DNA of 64,000 nucleotides from Candidatus Altimarinota bacterium (GTDB lineage Bacteria; Patescibacteriota; Gracilibacteria; CAIRYL01; GCA-016699755): NCBI GenBank assembly GCA_963664295.1, contig OY760935.1, positions 672,001 to 736,000 of the forward strand, read 5' to 3'. Shown piece by piece: positions 59,495 to 64,000 of this stretch (position 1 is its first letter; each line of letters starts with the position of its first letter). The notes under the pieces were generated by a model. It saw only the letters and a program-made list of their open reading frames with translations, ran no database searches and was not told where the DNA came from. The position numbers and the translations under genes were made by a program.

Positions 59495-59796
59495 CGTCAT
59501 TGTGGATTTTTTTTGTTGAGGTGTCATTGTGGACCCCGATCCGCAATCTCGGCAGGTGTCATTCTGAGCGCAAAACACACCCTTGCTGTCATTCTGAGCG
59601 AAATGAAATGGAGCGAAGAATCTCCTTGTCCATTTGCTCAAATCCTGTCTTAGGTAATTGTGCAGTAATGACAACGGGAGATCCTTCGCTTCGCCTAAAG
59701 GCTCGCTCAGGATGACGAAGTAAGGGGGCTCAGGGTGACATTACATTTGTCATTGCGGATTTTTTGGGGTGTCATTGCGGGCTTGATCCGCAATCT
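59495..59796. repeat. GTCATT-tagged REP/REPIN-like composite element (locus 4)
   Basis: Same left and right REP pair plus GTCATTG(C/T)GG...GATCCGCAATCT units. Confidence 0.9.
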
Positions 59797-59912
59797 AAGA
59801 CAAAAAAACATCATCACAAAAAAACAATCCACCCAAACGGATAGCTTATTTCAACTAAACATCAATTCTAAATAAAAAAAATAAACAATACACAGTAGCA
59901 TGCAGACTATTT

Positions 59913-61526
59913 TTATTTAGAAAACATATCCCTAAAACGCTCCATTAAAGAAGACATTTTTCTCTCAGGCGCAATAATATTTTTCTTGCGTTCCGCAATT
60001 TCTTCATCAGAAATTTTCACATCAAGCTTACGATTTGGCATATCAATTTCAATAATATCTCCATCCTTAATTACACCAATTGTCCCACCATTATAAGCCT
60101 CTGGCTCAACATGACCAATAGCCGCACCACGAGTGCCTCCGGAAAAACGACCATCAGTAATCAAGGCAACTTTTTGATAACCCGCACCAGCAATAGCAGA
60201 AGTAGGAGTAAGCATTTCCGGCATGCCCGGAGCGCCAGCAGGTCCCATAAAATTTATAACCACAACATCACCTTCTTCAATTTTGCCATCAGAAATAGCA
60301 TCTAAAAGCGCTTGTTCTTCATTAAAAACCTTAGCTGGACCACTATGCACAAGCATATCTTCTGCCACAGCAGTTTGTTTCACAACAGACCGATCAGCCA
60401 AATTACCACGCAAAACAGCAATACCACCTTCTCGATAATAAGGATGATCCAAAGGTCGAATTACGTCTTCGTCCAAAACTTCGGCCTTATCCGCAATATC
60501 ATAAATATTTTTTCCTTCAATCGTTTTAGTATTATTTAAGTCATTTTTCAGCCTCTTTAAAACCGCGGAAATACCACCAGCATTATCTAAATCCTCCATA
60601 TGATGACTGCCAGCAGGCGACAAATGACAAATATTAGGAGTTTTTTTACTCAATTCATCAAAAAGCGCAAGCGGAAGATCAATTCCAGCAGACTTAGCAA
60701 TAGCTGGTAAATGCAAAGCAACATTAGTTGATCCACCAATAGCCATGTCCATCAAAACTGCATTATAAAAACTTTCTTTAGTTAAAAATTGCTTAGCTGT
60801 TATGCCATTTTTCACCATTTCCACAATTAAACGACCAGTTTCTCTGGCTTGCTTTCTTTTTTCATCAGAAATAGCCAATGTACTAGCACATCTTTCTACG
60901 CTCAAACCCAAAACCTCAGTCACACAGGCCATAGAATTAGCAGTAAAAAGACCAGAACAACTCCCAGCCCCAGGACAACAGGCACATTCAACTTCTAATA
61001 ATTCCTCATCAGATAATTTACCTGCTTTTTTTTTGCCTACAGCCTCAAAAGTAGAAATCAAATCAACTTTCTTGCCATGCAAATTACCTGCTTTCATAGG
61101 ACCTCCAGTCAAAATAGCAGTTGGTAAATCAAGCCTACCTGATGCCATCAACATTCCTGGAGTAATTTTGTCACAATTTGTCACACCCACCCAGCCATCA
61201 AGTGAATGTGAAATAGTCATAATTTCAATATTATCCGCAATATGTTCACGCGAAGGCAAAGAAAGACGCATTTCTGCAAACATAGCTACACCATCACAAA
61301 CCGCAGGAACACCCCAACGAAAAGGTACTCCTCCTGCTTCACGAATACCTTTACAAACCTCTTCTGTTAATTCATTAAGATGAATATGACCAGGCACAAG
61401 ATCCGTAAAAGCATTGGCAACACCAATAAATGGTTTTTTAAAATCATCATTTTTAAGACCAGTAGCCCGCAAAAGACCTCTATGAGGCGCAGTAGTGTCA
61501 TATTTTTTTAGTATGTCCGATTTCAT
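59913..61526 (-). CDS. ilvD: Dihydroxy-acid dehydratase
   Basis: PGHIHL, VCDG.AM, CDKITPG, CSGLFTANSM, GGSTN, GMPEML, TDGRFSG. Confidence 0.97.
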   Translation of the reverse strand: MKSDILKKYDTTAPHRGLLRATGLKNDDFKKPFIGVANAFTDLVPGHIHLNELTEEVCKGIREAGGVPFRWGVPAVCDGVAMFAEMRLSLPSREHIADNIEIMTISHSLDGWVGVTNCDKITPGMLMASGRLDLPTAILTGGPMKAGNLHGKKVDLISTFEAVGKKKAGKLSDEELLEVECACCPGAGSCSGLFTANSMACVTEVLGLSVERCASTLAISDEKRKQARETGRLIVEMVKNGITAKQFLTKESFYNAVLMDMAIGGSTNVALHLPAIAKSAGIDLPLALFDELSKKTPNICHLSPAGSHHMEDLDNAGGISAVLKRLKNDLNNTKTIEGKNIYDIADKAEVLDEDVIRPLDHPYYREGGIAVLRGNLADRSVVKQTAVAEDMLVHSGPAKVFNEEQALLDAISDGKIEEGDVVVINFMGPAGAPGMPEMLTPTSAIAGAGYQKVALITDGRFSGGTRGAAIGHVEPEAYNGGTIGVIKDGDIIEIDMPNRKLDVKISDEEIAERKKNIIAPERKMSSLMERFRDMFSK

Positions 61527-61535
61527 TATTTAAAA

Positions 61536-63083
61536 TTAAATATTTATACTATATTCAAGCGCATCAGTAAGCGCCCTAAGGCTAGCCTTGGTAATATTTT
61601 CTCCACAACCAATTGTTGTCCAGTTTTTACCATTAACTCCAGATTCAATTAAAACCCGAGTAGTAGCACCAGTTGCTTTTTCTGTATCCAAAATACGCAC
61701 TTTATAGTCCAAAAGTTTCATACCTTTAAGCTCGGGGAAATATGGAATTAAAGCTTCTCTAAGTGCTTTGTCAAGCGCATTCACGGGACCATTCCCAAAA
61801 GCAATTTTTGTTTGCAATTTATCACCAATTTGAACTTGCACCTCAGCTTCAACCTCTTTTCTGGACAAACGATCTAAAAGCAAAAAATCAACTAATTTAA
61901 AAGGTGGATTATATCCTCTGTGCATTCTGCGCAAAAGCAATTCAAGACTGGCCTTTGAAGCTTCAAAAACATAACCCTCGGATTCAAGATTTTTTATTCT
62001 TTGTAAAACCTTTTTTGTATAAGAGCTACCTTTATCCATGCGATACCCAAGCTCACGAGCCAACATAATAATATTAGTCTGCCCAGAAAGCTCAGAAACA
62101 GTCACTTTACGAGAATTGCCAACTTTTGCTGGATCAATGTGTTCATAACTTTCCGGCAACTTACTAACAGCCGCCACATGCACACCAGCCTTGTGAGTAA
62201 AACTTTTTTTACCAACAAAAGGAGCTCTTTTCGGTGGTCGCATATTACCAACTTCAGCCACATAAGCAGAAAGCCAAGTTAACTTTTTAATATCAATTTT
62301 ATTAATAAATTTTTTACCCATTTTTAGTGCCAAATCCGGCACAACCACACATAAATTTGCATTACCTGTGCGTTCACCATAGCCATTTACAGTCACATGA
62401 ACCATATCAGCACCAGCTCGAACAGCGCCTAAACTGTTTGCCTCTGCTGTGCCAGAATCATTGTGCGCATGAATACCAATAGAAATTTTCGGAAATTTCT
62501 CTTTTGCTACTTTTGTTGCTTCTTCAACCTGCCAAGGCAACATACCACCATTTGTATCACAAAGGGTTAAATTATCAGCACCAGCTTTCACAGCTTGCTC
62601 AAGACATTCCAAGGCAAAATCCGCATCATCAAAATAGCCATCAAAAAAATGCTCAGCGTCAAAGATTACCTCAAGCCCTTTTTTCTTCAAAAAAGAAATA
62701 GTTGAATAAATCAAATCAAAATTTTCCTTCTTAGAAACTCCTAATATTTTTTCCGCATGCAAAGACCAAGTTTTCCCAAAAACCGTCACTGTTTTTACAC
62801 CAGAATTAACAACTCCTTTTAATCCTAGGTCTTCCTCTGGTTTATTTTTTTTGTGCCTAGTAGCACAAAAAGCTACCAACTTGGTATTTTTCCAATCCAA
62901 GTTTTTAGCTTCTTCAAAAAATTGACTATCTTTAGGATTACTTCCTGGAAAACCTCCCTCCACATAATCAACACCAAAATCAATAAGTGCTTTAGCAACT
63001 TTAATCTTATCAGAAACACTAAAAGAAACCTTTTCCTGCTGTGCTCCGTCTCTCAGCGTTGTGTCATATATTTTTACAGTCAT
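61536..63083 (-). CDS. cimA: Citramalate synthase (LeuA/CimA family)
   Basis: YDTTLRDGAQ, EGGFPGSNPKD, FDAEHFFDG, HAHND, GERTGNANL, HKAGVH, GPVNALD. Confidence 0.9.
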   Translation of the reverse strand: MTVKIYDTTLRDGAQQEKVSFSVSDKIKVAKALIDFGVDYVEGGFPGSNPKDSQFFEEAKNLDWKNTKLVAFCATRHKKNKPEEDLGLKGVVNSGVKTVTVFGKTWSLHAEKILGVSKKENFDLIYSTISFLKKKGLEVIFDAEHFFDGYFDDADFALECLEQAVKAGADNLTLCDTNGGMLPWQVEEATKVAKEKFPKISIGIHAHNDSGTAEANSLGAVRAGADMVHVTVNGYGERTGNANLCVVVPDLALKMGKKFINKIDIKKLTWLSAYVAEVGNMRPPKRAPFVGKKSFTHKAGVHVAAVSKLPESYEHIDPAKVGNSRKVTVSELSGQTNIIMLARELGYRMDKGSSYTKKVLQRIKNLESEGYVFEASKASLELLLRRMHRGYNPPFKLVDFLLLDRLSRKEVEAEVQVQIGDKLQTKIAFGNGPVNALDKALREALIPYFPELKGMKLLDYKVRILDTEKATGATTRVLIESGVNGKNWTTIGCGENITKASLRALTDALEYSINI

Positions 63084-63112
63084 GGCAAAATTCTATCACA
63101 AAATAAAGCAGG

Positions 63113-64000
63113 CTAAAGATTATTTTTATTTTTTGACCAATTGTGAATTTTGTCTTCAACAAAATCTCTGGTCTTACTGTAGCGATCTCGTGCAACTTTA
63201 ATAATATTTTCTTTTATACTCTCATCTTGTTCAAATTCTGGTGGTGGCAATGTGCCAGCAGAAAAAGTTTGACTAGTTAAACCATCAATCATCAAGCGCA
63301 AATAAATTTGATATTTAGGCAAAGAGCCAATATCAGCAGGCAAAATCTCCTCTGCAAATTGCTTAGAAAGCGTTTCAGCGTCATCAAAACCAACCTGAAA
63401 AGTCATCATAGTACCCACATTACCAAAAACAGCCTCTCGAACTTCATCAGACATCTGTGCTAAATATTGATTAGCAACACAAAGATTAAGCCGATATTTA
63501 CGAGCCTCAGATAAAATAGTAGCAAAAGAATCAGTAGCGAAATTCTGAAACTCATCTACATAAAGATAAAAATCCCTACGATTTTTCTCTGCAGTATCTG
63601 CCCTGCTCATAACATCAAGCTGAAACTTGGTAATCAACATAGATCCCAACAAAGCAGAATTATCCTCACCAATCTTACCCTTTGACAAATTAACAACAAT
63701 AATCTTGCCCTTATCCATTGCAAAACGCAGGTCAATAGTGCTTTTTGGCTGACCAAGAATATTGCGAATTAAAGGTGAGGATAAAAATTGACCAACCTTG
63801 TTTTGAATTGGAGAAATTGCTTCTGTCACCTGTTGCGGACGCCATTTTCCAAATTCATCATGCCAAAAAGAAAGCACCATTGGATCAGTGACACTGCCTA
63901 AAACCTGCTTACGATAATCCTCATCAACCAACATTCGCATAATCCCCAACATAGTAGTATTTGGAGCTTCCACAAGCGCCAAAACAGTATTACGCAAAAT
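63113..64000 (-). CDS. VirD4/TraG-like coupling ATPase (CPR type), 5' end outside window
   Basis: VNLSKGKIGEDNSALLG, FYLYVDEFQNF, LSEARKYRL, ANQY..Q, AVFGNVGT. Confidence 0.88.
   Translation of the reverse strand: MLRNTVLALVEAPNTTMLGIMRMLVDEDYRKQVLGSVTDPMVLSFWHDEFGKWRPQQVTEAISPIQNKVGQFLSSPLIRNILGQPKSTIDLRFAMDKGKIIVVNLSKGKIGEDNSALLGSMLITKFQLDVMSRADTAEKNRRDFYLYVDEFQNFATDSFATILSEARKYRLNLCVANQYLAQMSDEVREAVFGNVGTMMTFQVGFDDAETLSKQFAEEILPADIGSLPKYQIYLRLMIDGLTSQTFSAGTLPPPEFEQDESIKENIIKVARDRYSKTRDFVEDKIHNWSKNKNNL

Noticed and set aside
1-64000. Genetic code 25 (UGA=Gly)
   Set aside because: Core genes are full length under code 11 and TGA serves as a stop in ATGA overlaps (1405-1408, 13219-13222, 49700-49703).
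1-64000. tRNA, rRNA, riboswitch or IS transposase
   Set aside because: None recognised by eye in the intergenic regions; tRNAscan-SE and Infernal were not run, so small RNAs could be missed.

Overview
AT-rich, compact bacterial chromosome segment. It uses the standard genetic code: TGA acts as a stop in several ATGA overlaps, so this is not the UGA=Gly code 25. Gene content points to a Patescibacteria/CPR genome, probably Peregrinibacteria/Gracilibacteria-like (inference from DUF4012, a VirD4-like ATPase, sortase, archaeal-type TpiA and NMNAT, and AT-rich SD-less starts). Most of the window is housekeeping: infB, pyrH-frr-rseP, dnaA, serS, pyrBC, purM, purC, dnaG-rpoD-greA, ispG, ilvD/ilvE/cimA and uppS. 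The standout is an ~11.4 kb cluster of intact podovirus-type virion genes (46552-57913, minus strand) between a MATE pump and uppS. It encodes portal, scaffold, major capsid, an RcGTA-type head-spike base plus LamG fibre, a lysis trio, adaptor and nozzle. No terminase, integrase, replication, repressor, ejection or att features are visible. It carries an Ntox44-like toxin with two paralogous membrane immunity candidates, and each of its three sub-modules is preceded by a sigma70 promoter followed by an intrinsic terminator. It is a candidate domesticated GTA-like or toxin-delivery particle. Four intergenic regions hold a GTCATT-tagged REP/REPIN-like composite repeat, one amplified as a 178-bp tandem array. 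All calls come from reading the sequence; no database searches were run.
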